Below, piece after piece: positions 1 through 12,465 of a stretch of 64,000 bases of DNA (position 1 is its first letter; each line of letters opens with the position of its first letter). A program made the position numbers and the translations under genes. The notes beneath the pieces are model-generated. The model saw only the letters and a list, made by a program, of their open reading frames with translations. It made no database searches and was not told where the DNA came from. This stretch comes from Octopus bimaculoides (taxonomy: Eukaryota). Location: positions 6,725,688-6,789,687 of the forward strand of contig NC_069006.1 in NCBI RefSeq assembly GCF_001194135.2, given 5' to 3'.

Positions 1-491
1 GGAATTGAGGAGTATTCCATTGGTTTGAAGTGTTATATTCAGTTACTTCTTTGGGAGAAAAGCTAACAGTATAATGTCCTATTCAAAGAGATATTTGTCC
101 AGACTGCTTAATATAACAAAGATGGAGCTAAACACTGACTATAAGTATTTGACTTCAGAGGGGAAACAAAAAAATGCAAACAAACTATCTGTGATAAGAC
201 AGCCAACAAGACCACACAAAGTACTTGACTTTTCTTTTGTTGTTGTCTTCTTTTTTAAGATGCTCAATTAAACTTTACATTCAGTCTACAATTTAACAAA
301 ACCATTTTCTAAGTAAAGATTTAAATTGAATGTTATATATATATATATATATATTCCTATATGAACAAAATATACATGAAGCTAGTCTCTGTTCATAATC
401 ATTATCTCTTTAAATTTTGATCAGTTCTTTATTACTTCTTTAATGCAGTTACGTGTGTGTGCACACATATATAACTATGTATATGTGTCTG

Positions 492-531
<40 letters not shown>

Positions 532-534
<3 letters not shown>

Positions 535-1165
535 GGGTTGGAAAAAATAATGGAAACACCAAGCATCATAGCATCATAATTTTGAAATATCTATAAAACC
601 GTCAAAAGCTTGTTCATTTTTATGTTTTTTGATTTATTATTAGTGTTGCTTAATAGGTTTTGCTAAAATTACTGTTTCTTTTCAGATATCATCAGAAAAT
701 GGTAATTAAAATTTATTAAAATGACAGATCTATCGGACTTTCAAGGTCAAATTGTTTGTGTTCGTATGGCAGGTGCTAGCATAATGAAAACAGCCGAAAT
801 GTTTGGTGTATCAAGAAGTACTGCCTTGAAAGTAGTGACAGCCTTTGAAAAAGAGGGAAAAATCTCCTCGTCAAAACAAAACTCCAGAAGAAAACCAAAA
901 CTTTCAGATAGGAACTATTGGACTCTTATGCAAATTGTTAGAAAGGAACACAAAAGTACAGCTCCCAAAATTACTGCAGAGCTTAATAACCACCTCGAGA
1001 ACCCAGTTTCCACAAAAACTGTTCGCCGGGAGCTGCACAAAGCTGGATTTCATGGGAGGGCTGCAATCAGAAAACCACTCCTTTCAAAAACAAATGTTGC
1101 AGAGCATTTAGAATGGAGTAAAAATCTACAGAATTGGTCCCAAGAGCAGTGGAAGAATGTTAAAA
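532..1165 (+). mobile_element. Tc1-family DNA transposon, left end only (TIR plus N-terminal DNA-binding half of the transposase), truncated before the DDE domain
   Basis: Starts TA|CAGGGGTTGGAAAAAATAATGGAAACACC at the end of a (TA)n run. ORF 721-1224 has Tc1 paired-like HTH motifs (GVSRST, RKPKLS, PVSTKTVRRELHK, KPLL). Similarity ends at EQWKNV, just before the expected WSDES. No right TIR seen. Confidence 0.9.
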
Positions 1166-1224
1166 GAGATCTCAAAACCCTATACTTTCTCCACTCACAG
1201 ACCATCCACATTACATTTTCATAG
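721..1224 (+). pseudogene. Truncated Tc1 transposase ORF (167 aa; about the last 20 aa are unrelated read-through)
   Basis: ORF track translation; Tc1 HTH motifs recognised; catalytic domain absent. Confidence 0.85.
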
Positions 1225-2739
1225 TACCAACTGTAGCGAGATCTTCAGTAAGACAGGACTAAAGTACTGCTCAACCCTCATCGGTTCTCACCAAACACTT
1301 TAGAAGGTGCATGACAGCAGGGATTTCAAGGGGGTACATGCTTTGTTTAGAAGTAAAACTAGTCAAATGATAGCGTTTCAATGAATTCCTAACTAAATTT
1401 TTTAATTAAGCACTTAATCAATTAATTATTATCACTGATTTTAGTTTATTTATTGATGGTTAACTCTGAATATTATTGTTTTTCAGACAAGTCTGTCGAA
1501 ATCTTTTACTTAGTAAACAAATGTAAGATTTTAGGCAACAATTTCTTTCACAACTGTTACATTACCAACACTAAATACTTTACAAATGTATTTTGTTTTA
1601 CAAATGTTTTTAGTCATTATCTGCTTTTAGTGAATCTCTTTTAGCAGCAAATGTTTAACAACTGTGCTAGCTAAATAATGCAAATGAGTTTATTTCAATT
1701 CAGAAATATTACTTTTCCTGTTTGTTGTCCTATTTCAACCGATCACCTGACCACAATTTAAAAAAACATTTTTTTACACAAAAAGAAGAAAATATTTTCA
1801 TTAAATTATACAAAAAAATGGCACCTTATTTCATGCGTGTTTATACATGTGTGTGAGTATATATATGTGTGTCTGTGTTATATATATATATATATATATA
1901 TACACATGTATGCCAATACATAAGTGTGTGTGTGTGTATAGGTGTATGTATTGTATATATATATATATATGTAAAGTGGAGACTTGAAAAAGTTTTCCAA
2001 TAAACATGGCAGATACAATACATTCAATTTTTCCTTCATTAAATGCCATTCCATATTGATTTTCTTGATTCAGGCTGCTTTATAAATCAATAGTGAAGTT
2101 TAAACTATGACTACAATATTATAATCTTTGTACATTATATAAAAAAAAGACAACAAAACTACTGAACAATTTTCAAATATCTTAGCTGGTTAAGATCTAA
2201 GCGATTGATAGCAGTCTCTGCGTCTTGTTTAACAACAAATGTATTCAAGAGATATGTTTGATATATGGGAAACATGAACAATTTTTGTTTCAGAACTACT
2301 GCAAGTTTTATCATTTTAACAAATGCTGTTATAGAAACAGTTACAGACTTGGAATAATTTATTAAATATTCAGAATATTATTACATCGTCTATGAAGAGA
2401 CTATGAAAATGTAATAAGTCGAGATATCAGCAATTGTCTTCAAGAAATGAGTTGAAGACAAAATGCAATAAGGTATGATCTAATATCTTTGGAGTCACCA
2501 GTCAACCTTATCCATTCAGTCACTGTTTCCAAGAAAGAAAATAATATAATGTCCTGCAATTTTAAATGATAATTAGAGTTCTACAATCTTCACAATATTT
2601 ATAGATGGAGAGATATGACAGTGTGGTTAAGTAGTTAGCTTTGCAACAGTTTGCTTGCAGGTCTGATCCCTCTTTGCTGCCCCCCTCCTCCTCCTCCTCC
2701 TTCTCCTCCTCCTCATCCTCATCATCACCATCACCATCG

Positions 2740-3120
2740 TCATCATCATCATTTAACATCCATTTTCCATACTGGTATGAGTTGAATGGCTTAACAGGAG
2801 TCTAGAAGCCCGAGGTTTGTGTCAAGCTCCAATGTCTGCTTTGGTATGGTTTCTACAGCTAGATGCATTTCCTGATGCTGACCAATTCCCAGAATGTACA
2901 CGGATGCTTTCTACATGACACCAACACTAGTGATGTCCCTTATTAAGTCCCAAGACAAGATCCTTCATCAGAGGTGGATGTAGTTTTCATGAGGGTGGCT
3001 AAATGAGGGGGTTAAACTATGACAGGGGGACAGAAACAGGTGTCTTGCAGTAGAGAAACAGCAACCACAATTGTAGAAAAGAGAGATGGCGGCAAAGAAG
3101 TAACTGAAATTTGATAGAGA
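2740..3120 (-). mobile_element. Composite SINE-like element with RTE-type 3' tail ending in (GAT)n
   Basis: (CAT)n-TTTAACATCCATTTTCCATACTGG tail, followed by a GACAGGGGGACAGAAACAGGTGTCTTGC segment that recurs at about 40735-40770. Confidence 0.65.
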
Positions 3121-3137
3121 GAAGTTCTGCAGAAATT

Positions 3138-3142
<5 letters not shown>

Positions 3143-3202
<60 letters not shown>
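3143..3202. repeat. Compound (TA)n(CA)n microsatellite
   Basis: Directly visible. Confidence 0.97.
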
Positions 3203-3203
<1 letters not shown>

Positions 3204-3204
3204 G

Positions 3205-3570
3205 TATCATCATTTAACGTCCGTTGTTCATGCTGGCATGGGTTGGATGGTTTGACTGGGCTGGCAAACTGGAAGGCTGCACCTGACTCCAGTCTGATTT
3301 GGCATGGTTTCCTATGGCTGGATGCCCTTCCTAACACCAATCACTCTGAGAGTGTAATGGGGTGCTTTTACATGCCACCGGCATGAGTGCCATTTGCATG
3401 GCACCAAGTGTGTGGTTACATGCCACCAGCATGGCTGCCAATTTGTGTGACAGCAGAATCTGCCACAACTGTGATTTTGCTGTTTGACGGGTCTTCTCAA
3501 GCACAACATAATGCCAAGGGTCTTGATCATTGCCACCATGAGGCCCAACACTCAAAAGGAACTCAGCCAC
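3205..3570 (-). mobile_element. 5'-truncated RTE LINE 3' end
   Basis: CATCATTTAACGTCCG...CATGCTGGCATGGGTTGG...GGATGCCCTTCCTAACACCAA matches the tail that is joined to an RTE RT remnant at 48184-49330. Confidence 0.8.
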
Positions 3571-3603
3571 TTTGCCTCTCTCTATATATATATATATAAT
3601 ATG

Positions 3604-3635
<32 letters not shown>

Positions 3636-3997
3636 TGTGTGTGTGTAATACATTTACATGGTTTACCTCTCCTCCACACTTTCACACTTTCTAATATATT
3701 TTTTCTCAGTCATAGCAAGAGAAATGACTCTGGAAGTCTTCACCTAAAGGGATTTTGATAAATTCATCTTTTCCACAGCTTCATAGTCTGGGTTTCCTAA
3801 AGCTAACCAGTTTGTTTTACATTTTGCCTTCCTGCCTAACTGAATAGGAAATGTTGTGCCTCTTGTGCAAAGGAGTTTCAGCTGTATATCACTGGTCAAA
3901 CAGGTCTGATGATTGTAGTACTGGGAAAAAGAACTTGCATGAAACTGCCTGGTAACTTTACATGTCCACAAGTGAGATTCATTATTTATAATTTTGT

Positions 3998-4198
3998 AAG
4001 GTGGTGAGCTGGCAGAATCGTTAGCACCCTGGACAAATGCTTTGTGGCATTTATTCCAGTTTTATGTTCTGAGTTCAACTTTCCCTTTCGTCCTTTCAGG
4101 ATCAATAAAATAAGTGCTAAGTGAACACTGGGGTCAATGTAACTGACTAGACCTACCACCAAAAAATTTCAGACCTTGTATCTATAGTAGAAAAGGTT
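3998..4198 (+). mobile_element. tRNA-derived SINE family M (Meta-domain-like core)
   Basis: Head AAGGTGGTGAGCTGGCAGAATCGTTAGC, B-box-like GAGTTCAA, core CCTTTCAGGATCAATAAAATAAG; imperfect TSD TTATTTAT(A/T)ATTTTGTAAGGT on both sides. Confidence 0.85.
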
Positions 4199-5789
4199 AT
4201 TTATTATTTTGTAAGGTATGTATATGTGTGTGTGTGAGCACAAAAATAAACCAGTAAGAGAAGACTGAACAAAAATCAGTGCATTGGATTAAGACTACCT
4301 TGTGGTATTTGGTTCTACCCCAGTTACATCCTTTTATGCATAGGCTAACTCTGCCATGTTTGATGAAGTAATTATCTAAGAAAATATAATCGTGTTAAAC
4401 CTTTGAATGCAATGCTCCAGCATGGCAGCAACCCAGTGACTGAAACCAAAAGTAAAAAGGACAAAATAATTTATTTTTATTACTAAGGGAATACTTCTTA
4501 TATTCATATTAATATAAAGTCATGAAACATTTGTGTGGAATATGATTGCATGAATGAAAACTCACTAAAACAAAGAAGGGACCTGTTAAGCTCCATTTTA
4601 AATTAAGTTAGATCATCTGAGATTAGACAACAATTGGTTGCCTGAAATTAGAAAATAGACTGCCATTAGCAATCTAATCTCAAAGGATCTGAAATGACTG
4701 TAATCTGTGTTAGACAGAGACAGACTAATTAAAGATTTGTTACTGTATTATACCAGCACACTAGACGCAGCTGCTTGTGCTCCGGTCTGAATATATATAA
4801 CACATGGCATTTCAATTTACCTCCAGCCAAGATAGCATGTTTATTAGAAATAAAATTTCACCTGTGCACATATCTATTTCAGCAGTCTAATGATATCTAG
4901 CAGTGACAGAATTAAAATTTCAATGGTATCTTCTAGAAATAGGGTACCGGAAATAAAATATCCTAACTTTACTAGTTTATCTTTGTAAAAATTTAATCTT
5001 ACAACAGAAAAATGTTCTATGTTCATATTTTGTTTTTACTATTTGAGTCTACAATAAAAAGAAGAACCACATCAGATTTGTGCAGCATACTGACATAATT
5101 TTCTTTATACTATTTAGATATAGAACACAAGACTATAATATTCAACGCAAAATGAAAGAGACAATTCCATTAATTTCACGAAGAGCATACACACAAATAC
5201 TTGTGTATACAGCTACACACACAATGAATAATTGAACAAAAGAATCTGATTTCTGGATAAAAGTAATGGTAAAAACTTTTTACTTTAAATACAGTACACA
5301 ACATGAAAGACAGATGTTGGCATGGTTGAAACCACATAAGTGTGTGTATGAGTGTGCAGGTGTATGTATATGAATGAGTAAGCATGTGTGTATGTGTGTG
5401 TAAATTTGTGGGTATGTGTGTGTATGAATGTGCAGATATTTATGTATGAATAGGCAAATATGCTTGTATGAATGAACAAGTATGTCTACATATATGCAGG
5501 CATGCATCCGTGTGTGTAGTATGCAAATGTGTGTACGAGTGTGCAAACGTGTATATTGGTGTGCAGGTATGATTGCATTTGCTGCTATGCTTTATAGCTA
5601 AAATTAGTTTTGAGTTCACGTAAAAACAAATAGACTGAGATAAAGATTTGTAGCCAGGAATACATGAATCAATACATTGAGCACTCAGATGTATACTATC
5701 GGCAATCATTATTTATTATGTAGACAACAAAGCTTGAAGAGAAAATGGTAAGCTGTGATGTTCATGGTTTTCCCAACAGCATCACCAAA

Positions 5790-5960
5790 CCAGGTGATGC
5801 ACAAGTTCATTTTCCATGCTAGCATGGATTGGATGGTTTGATAGGAGCTGGTGAGTAAGAGGACTGCACCGAGCTCCAGCATCTGTTCTGCTATGGTTTC
5901 TTCAGCTGAATGCCCTCCCTAATGCCAACTACTTTACACAGGGTACTGGATACTTTTTAG
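5790..5960 (-). mobile_element. RTE-type tail fragment
   Basis: TTTTCCATGCTAGCATGGATTGGATGGTTTGA...ATGCCCTCCCTAATGCCAAC. Confidence 0.7.
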
Positions 5961-5990
5961 TTCAAGTGATATACATACATACATACATAC

Positions 5991-6036
<46 letters not shown>

Positions 6037-6413
6037 NNNNNNNNNNNNNNNNNNNNNNNNNNNNNNNNNNNNNNNNNNNNNNNNNNNNNNNNNNNNNNNN
6101 NNNNNNNNNNNNNNNNNNNNNNNNNNNNNNNNNNNNNNNNNNNNNNNNNNNNNNNNNNNNNNNNNNNNNNNNNNNNNNNNNNNNNNNNNNNNNNNNNNNN
6201 NNNNNNNNNNNNNNNNNNNNNNNNNNNNNNNNNNNNNNNNNNNNNNNNNNNNNNNNNNNNNNNNNNNNNNNNNNNNNNNNNNNNNNNNNNNNNNNNNNNN
6301 NNNNNNNNNNNNNNNNNNNNNNNNNNNNNNNNNNNNNNNNNNNNNNNNNNNNNNNNNNNNNNNNNNNNNNNNNNNNNNNNNNNNNNNNNNNNNNNNNNNN
6401 NNNNNNNNNNNNN
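6037..6413. other. Assembly gap flanked by (TA)n and (TG)n. Other gaps: 17143-17152, 19707-19866, 34392-34898, 35272-35281, 40329-40338, 50126-50216, 53214-53223, 54741-55467, 56834-56843
   Basis: Runs of N, most abutting microsatellites, typical of a short-read draft assembly. Confidence 0.99.
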
Positions 6414-6478
<65 letters not shown>

Positions 6479-6989
6479 TGCAATGAGCATTAAAAAGTTA
6501 ATTAGAAATAACTATATAATGGGGTAAGTAAAACAATATTAGTCAATGGCTAATATTATTGTAATTATACATGTTTCTGTGTTATTATGACCTTGTCAGT
6601 AAATCTGTATATGCTGAAATGATGACAGAAGAATCACTAAATAATTCTACAAAGAGTGTACATTGGTTGCTATAGAAAACTGGAATTGTTTAAAGAATAA
6701 ATAACTAATAGGATATCATCTGCATGAAAACAATAGCTAAGTTTAGTGTTAATATATGTAATAGAGGCAGCATTAGAAAGTTAACTGGAAATAATTATGT
6801 GCAATAAAGAAACAATATTATTCAATGACCTGAGATGCAGATTCAGTTCAAAACATGAAACCACTTCAATAACAATACAAGAGTTACCTTTCATGCATAT
6901 ATTTTGCCATTTCAAAGGCATATCTCCATATCTATAGAGTAATGTTACTCAACCAGGAGTGTAGTTCAGAGATCAGGGAGTCTCTCCAG

Positions 6990-7290
6990 ATCAAGCTGCT
7001 ACTTCTCTGCATTGAGAGACCACAGCTCTGGTACTCTGGTCATGTGATTAGAATACCTCAGGAAAAAATCACAAGATAAATTCTTCAAGCTAAGATAACC
7101 GGCAAGAGACCTAGATGTAGACCGAAGAGTTGGTTGGATAATAATACCCATAGTCTCAGTTGGTGGTGCTTGGGAATCCAGCCACGAAGTGATGATTGCT
7201 TCTGATAGAACCCTATGGAGGAGGTGCCTGAGGACTCTACCCAAATGACCCTCATAGAAATAGTGGGCAGAGAAAATGGATAGATGGAGA
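6990..7290 (+). mobile_element. Decayed RTE-clade LINE 3' fragment (RT C-terminus)
   Basis: Manual translation LLLCIERPQLWYSGHVIRIP...GKRPRCRPKSW resembles the RTE motif RWxGHVxRM...GKRPRGRP; contains stops. Confidence 0.7.
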
Positions 7291-7493
7291 TATGTGTGTG
7301 GGGGGGGGGGAGAAGGGTTTATGGTGATACATAAAGATATATAGACATATCTTTCAGTCTTTCTTTCACTTTCTCTTTCACTTCCCCCACACTATCACAC
7401 AATATCTCCCACTATCACTGTCATCTATTCTTATCTTCCCCCCATACTGTCACTTTATTTCTCTGTGTGTGTATGTGTGCGTGTGTGTGTGAA

Positions 7494-7524
<31 letters not shown>

Positions 7525-7974
7525 GTGTGGAATGAGACATTTGTCTGTCTCTCTGCCTGCTTGTTATATGTATATAGAAAGGGCTAAGTTGTTTAGGTTC
7601 CTAGTAGCCAGCCTTGTTGTGTTTGAAGTAGATGAGCAGGTGATCACAATAAATCAAAAATGCAGGGAGTAAGGTGTGGGTTGTGAGGATCTCAAGGCAA
7701 TATGGTTGGCATAATAGATGTCTTCTATCATAATTCCATTGACATCCAGGGTGGTTTATAGAAATATTAAGTCCACCCATTACTTGACCAGATCTTCTTT
7801 ATTTATTTAAACTTTGGATGGGTGCAGGAAATGCATAATTGACCTCAATGAAGTCTAACCTGTAATTGTGAAAGGCCATAACTTAATATGGCAAGTATTT
7901 GGGCCAAGATCCTTACATTTTTGTCAAAACTCTACACCCTGATATATTTCAGATGTTTAAAACATTTTCACATT

Positions 7975-8365
7975 AGGTGGTGGCATGACTGTGTGGCCAA
8001 GAAGCTTACTCAGTGGTTTAGGGTTCCATTCCACTTTGCAGCACTTTGAGTACATGTCTTCTACTATAGCTTTAAGCTGACCAATGTTTTGTTAGTGAAT
8101 TTGGTTGATGGAACCTGTGTGGAAATCCATCATGTGTGTGAGTGCATCTCTTTCTGTAACCCCATCACCACCACCACCACTGCTTGACAACCAGTGCTGG
8201 TTTGTTTACATCCCTGTGACTTAACAGTTCAGCAAAAGAGAACCAATAGGATAAGAACCAAACTTAAAAACATAAATACTGGGGTCAATTTGCTCAATTA
8301 AACCCCCCTCAAGATAGTGCCCCAGTATGGCCACAGTCCAATGACTGAAACAAGAGATAAAAGAC
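7975..8365 (+). mobile_element. tRNA-derived SINE family C (CORE-like)
   Basis: GGCATGACTGTGTGG...GGGTTCCATTCC head, GTCTTCTACTATAGC core, tail CAGTATGGCCACAGTCCAATGACTGAAACAAG. Confidence 0.85.
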
Positions 8366-9379
8366 CAAATACCAACATGGTGATTGCTTTTGAGAAGCAA
8401 CAAAAACTTTGAAGCTGAAGCTTTTTTTTTTGAGGTATGAGTGTAGAAACTGACAGTGTATAGAAGTGAGTGGGTAATAAAAGACATTGGCTGGTGTGCT
8501 CAGGAGACACAATTGTGAAATATAAATGAATGATTTATGGAAGCTGAAAGCCAGTTACATTTGATGAAATTGCTTTTTACCTGGAATAAATGTAGAGCAT
8601 AGAAAATATTGGTGAAAAGAAATTAAATTTGGTCTGAAAATATTAAACCTAAAAGATGAGATGACCCACCATGAAGACGGATTGAGAGAGAGGGTGCACA
8701 TTAAAGGCCTCTTCAAACCATACTGGCAAGGGAACATTGATGTTAAAACAGTGTTAATGAGGCTGATGTGATGATGGTGGACAGTTGCAGGTAGAGGAAC
8801 AGAAACGTTAAACAGAAAAAGACATTTGTTGTTTTTAAACTATTTTATATTCTTTCCTCACATTGAGTTACTTTTGCAAATTTGCATGAGATTCTTCTTC
8901 AAGTATGCTTCTTTAAATGGACCAATTCTCTAAAGCAGCATGACTAGAAATTTAATTGATGAGAAGAATAACACCAGATTTTCATGCTAACACTCTCACA
9001 TTTTCAATATTCAACATGAAGCAGAGATATATTTAAAGGGTTAAAACATCACCAAAGAAAGATATGTGACGAGAAAGTTAATTTGAATGGAAAGGAAAGA
9101 AATAGAGAAAAGGAAAAGAATTGTGAGTTTTAGATAAAAAAAAAAGTCTGAGATTTTTAAAGTAGATGATATTGGAAGTGTTAGTGCTCGTGTTTTCTCC
9201 AAAGGAGTTAGTTGTGCAAATAAAATGAATTTGTCCTGACAGGAATTGAAACCAGGTCACACTATTTGTCTGTACTTTTTGGTACTTGCTACAAGAAATG
9301 TTGAAAGTTAAAAGAAATTCAAATTGAAATACGAAGAGGTGATAAAATGGTAAAGAGAAGAGGAAGCAGGGAGGAAGCA

Positions 9380-9402
9380 GTGGAGAGGGAGAGAGGGAGA
9401 GG

Positions 9403-9450
<48 letters not shown>
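9380..9450. repeat. (GA)n microsatellite. Other (GA)/(CT) arrays at about 7495-7525, 18031-18160, 30055-30120, 59728-59765
   Basis: Directly visible. Confidence 0.97.
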
Positions 9451-9451
<1 letters not shown>

Positions 9452-10498
9452 CAATACATGTAACAGGATCAATGATTTGAAGTTTTCATGACTGTAAGCT
9501 GACATTTAGTGAGGAATTAAGTTGTTGAATAGAAGATTGCATGAAATATTGCTAGAATCTTATTGATAGATAACAACGATGTATTCCACAAGTAGAAAAC
9601 AAATAGTGAACCTTGACTATCAGTCACTAAAACAGATTCAAACATTTCTTTCTTTACAAGCCAAAGTAGAGAACATCTTTGCTGAAACATTAACTGAGTC
9701 TAACATTATTGCCGTATAAAAGAGAAGATGCCTTTAATTTGCTGCTTTGAAGAAATCATTGCTAAGCAAGAGTTAACATTCACAAAGACAACTACTAATT
9801 CAGCTATGATGCCTTTATGCAAAGTTAGATATAAAATGTTTTAAGAGAGTTAGTAAGCTATAGAAGAGTAGAATGTAACTCCATTAAATTCACTAACAAC
9901 ACTGACTAATCTAACTTAGATCTGTCTGTTGTATTCATCTACAACTGACGAAGATTTCATGGAGATGTTGTAATTAGAAATGGAAAATTTTCATAACTAC
10001 TCTCTTCTAATCCAATCAATGCTATAACCTATAACCATTTCAATTCTAAGCAATTCATTCTTAATTGAATTGTTCGTTATATCACAGACTTCAAGTCAAC
10101 CTATTTCATTTTTGTATAGAATGATTAAGTTCAGTGTTAGTTTATGGCAAAGATTTACCAACAGCTTGTAGCAATGTGACCATTTCAGTTAGACATGTTA
10201 AACTTTGGTTTTATATTGTAAAGTTTGTAGCTTTGAGTTTTTGCCAATTAGCGATATATTAATTAGCAGGTCTGGCAACTTTTAATATGTGATTCAACAA
10301 ATATCATTCTAACAATTAATTATGATCCAATTTCACTCACATTTATGAAGCACAGCAACAGTGACGTTTAAAACCTGGAGATATGACTACGTAATTTTTA
10401 CGGTGACCCTACACAGCTCTTGTAGTAATCCTGTGGTACCACCAGATAAGGCACATTTCATGTTGTAGTCAAAGACATCTCACTTTTACTTCCACATT

Positions 10499-11198
10499 GA
10501 AGGTGGCAAACTGGCAGAACTGTTAGCATGCCAGGAAGAATGCTTAGCAACATTTTGTCCTTCTTTATGTTCAGAGTTCAAATTCCACCAAAGTTGACAT
10601 TGCTTTCCATCCTTTCAAGGTCAATGAAATAGGTACCAGTTGAGTTTTGGAGTCGGTGTAATCAACTTACCGCTCCCCTGAGGGAAATAACTGGAAGACG
10701 AGATGTTTTCGATAAGCACATATATTATACGAGATGCAATGCATATGAAGACAAAATTAATATGTTGATAAACTTTCAGGAAAAAATATGTACTTTTTTA
10801 AAAAACACATAGGACTGGATAAAAAGGATTTCCTACAAGATTATACGCAGAGAATAGATATTTTGATGAAAGACATTAAGAAAAACAATTACAATCAAGA
10901 TTTTATTATTTTTGGAAAACTAGAATTGTTCTTGAAACACTATTTAAAGACAAATGTTTTACAAGACAAACACAAGACCATTGAGGCACCAAAATTAACC
11001 CTAAAATTTCGACCTCTTTGTCCAGTTGTAATCAGAGAAGCAAAGATCGATGAATCTGAAGATACTGGCAACAACACAATATCCAATATTGTTGCAATAC
11101 AAGGGGGAGTAGTAACATATTCCCACCATTGTATGACAATATGTTGTGTGACAAGAGACGGTGACAGAAATGATGTGCCAAAATTTGAAACCAATAAA
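10499..11198 (+). mobile_element. Family M SINE interrupted near its 3' end by an approximately 490-bp foreign insert
   Basis: Head and core run to CTTACCGCTCCCCTG (10680); the tail GTGCCAAAATTTGAAACC resumes at about 11175. The intact neighbour at 11203-11411 has these parts contiguous. Confidence 0.8.
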
Positions 11199-11204
11199 AA
11201 TTAA
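10788..11204 (+). CDS. Orphan ORF (138 aa) inside the SINE insert; product unknown
   Basis: Longest open frame in the window not explained by a TE, gap or microsatellite. Possible acceptor AAACTTTCAG at 10778-10779. No recognised domain. Confidence 0.3.
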   Translation: MYFFKKHIGLDKKDFLQDYTQRIDILMKDIKKNNYNQDFIIFGKLELFLKHYLKTNVLQDKHKTIEAPKLTLKFRPLCPVVIREAKIDESEDTGNNTISNIVAIQGGVVTYSHHCMTICCVTRDGDRNDVPKFETNKN

Positions 11205-11411
11205 GGTGGTGAGATGGCAGAATCATGAGCACAGTGGGCAGAATGTTTAACAGCATTTCATCCTTGTTTACATTGATATCCTGCCATGGTCCACTTTGTC
11301 TTTCATCTATTCAGAGTTGATGAAATAAGTACCAGTTGAACACTAGGGTCAATGTAATTGACTCACCCCACTCTCCTGAAATTGCTGTCCTGGAGCCAAA
11401 ATTTGAAACCA
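11203..11411 (+). mobile_element. Family M SINE
   Basis: AAGGTGGTGAGATGGCAGAATC...GCCAAAATTTGAAACCAG. Confidence 0.85.
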
Positions 11412-11809
11412 GTAACAAACTATGTCTTGCTTGTAATATCTTTTCATCTAAGCAATGAATAATTATGCAGAATTAAAACATTTTAAAATGGGACATCATA
11501 GGGGAAATACACAGGATTTTGAAATATTTCCTTTTTATATGTCTTTTTTTCTTTTCTTTTCAAGCAGTTTAAAAAAGAAAACATGCATTTATAGCCTAAG
11601 AAGAACCTTTAAGAAAGAATAAACAAATAATTGATATTTTTGGTTTCATCTGAATGGCTACAAATAAATAAAGCAGAATTATTCTAAGCACAGAAATATT
11701 CTTTCAAAAAGACAGAGTTCAAGAATAACAGTTATATATATTTCGAATATAACCTTCATGAGGTTATTGTAGCAAGGATTAAGAGAGGATCATACTAGCA
11801 CAGATTAGC

Positions 11810-12005
11810 ATCATCATCATTGTTTTAACTTTTACTTTTCCATGCTCACATGGCTCAGACATCATTTGGCCAGGTGCCCTTCCTGTCACCAACCCTCACT
11901 TGTTTCCAAGTAAGGTAACCTCATTCCATTACCAGACATGTTTTCATACAAGACTGGAACTGAAAAACACTGCTTGTGTGACAATGATGTTTACTTATGA
12001 CTATC
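11810..12005 (-). mobile_element. SINE 3' module with RTE-type tail. Similar modules at 15305-15410, 37320-37555, 43050-43290, 55520-55710
   Basis: (CAT)n...TTTTCCATGCT...TGCCCTTCCTGTCACCAACCCTCAC, repeated at the listed loci. Confidence 0.7.
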
Positions 12006-12030
12006 ACATGATATTAAGACAAGGAGGTAT

Positions 12031-12074
<44 letters not shown>

Positions 12075-12254
12075 CAATGATGATGATTAAAATGGTGACA
12101 ACTGGAAAATCAAGAGATGCAGCTGTATAAATCATCTTAGCTTGCAGATTCTAAAAATAATGATCTATAGGAAACTGTTTTAGTTTGTTCATTAGGTGCG
12201 GAACAGCTATGCCGGAAGGTAGAAATAACCATGAGAAAAGGAAAATATTTTAGA

Positions 12255-12465
12255 AATCATCATCATCATCATTTAATGTCTGCTGTCCATGCTGGCATGG
12301 GTTGGACGGTTTGACTGGGCTGGCACACTGGAAGACTGCACCAGACTCCAGTCTGATTTGGCATGGTTTTCTGCGGCTGGATGCCCTTCCTAACACCAAC
12401 CACTCCGAGAGTGTAATGGATGCTTTTACATGCCACTAGCACAGGTGCCATTTGCATGACACCGG
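12255..12465 (-). mobile_element. RTE LINE 3' end
   Basis: Nearly identical to 3205-3400. Confidence 0.8.

Noticed and set aside
2294-2472. Exon-shaped segment with good acceptor and AAG|GTATGA donor
   Set aside because: Stops in all three frames; it could only be non-coding, and there is no other support.
1831-6490. ORFs rich in YIYI, HTHT and CVCV (also around 19544-20105, 43118-43466, 52615-52809, 60324-61015)
   Set aside because: Translations of (TA)n, (CA)n and (TG)n microsatellites.
8560-8800. About 50-codon + frame KEIKFGLKILNLKDEMTHHEDGLRERVHIKG
   Set aside because: Bounded by stops with no compatible splice sites or recognisable motif.
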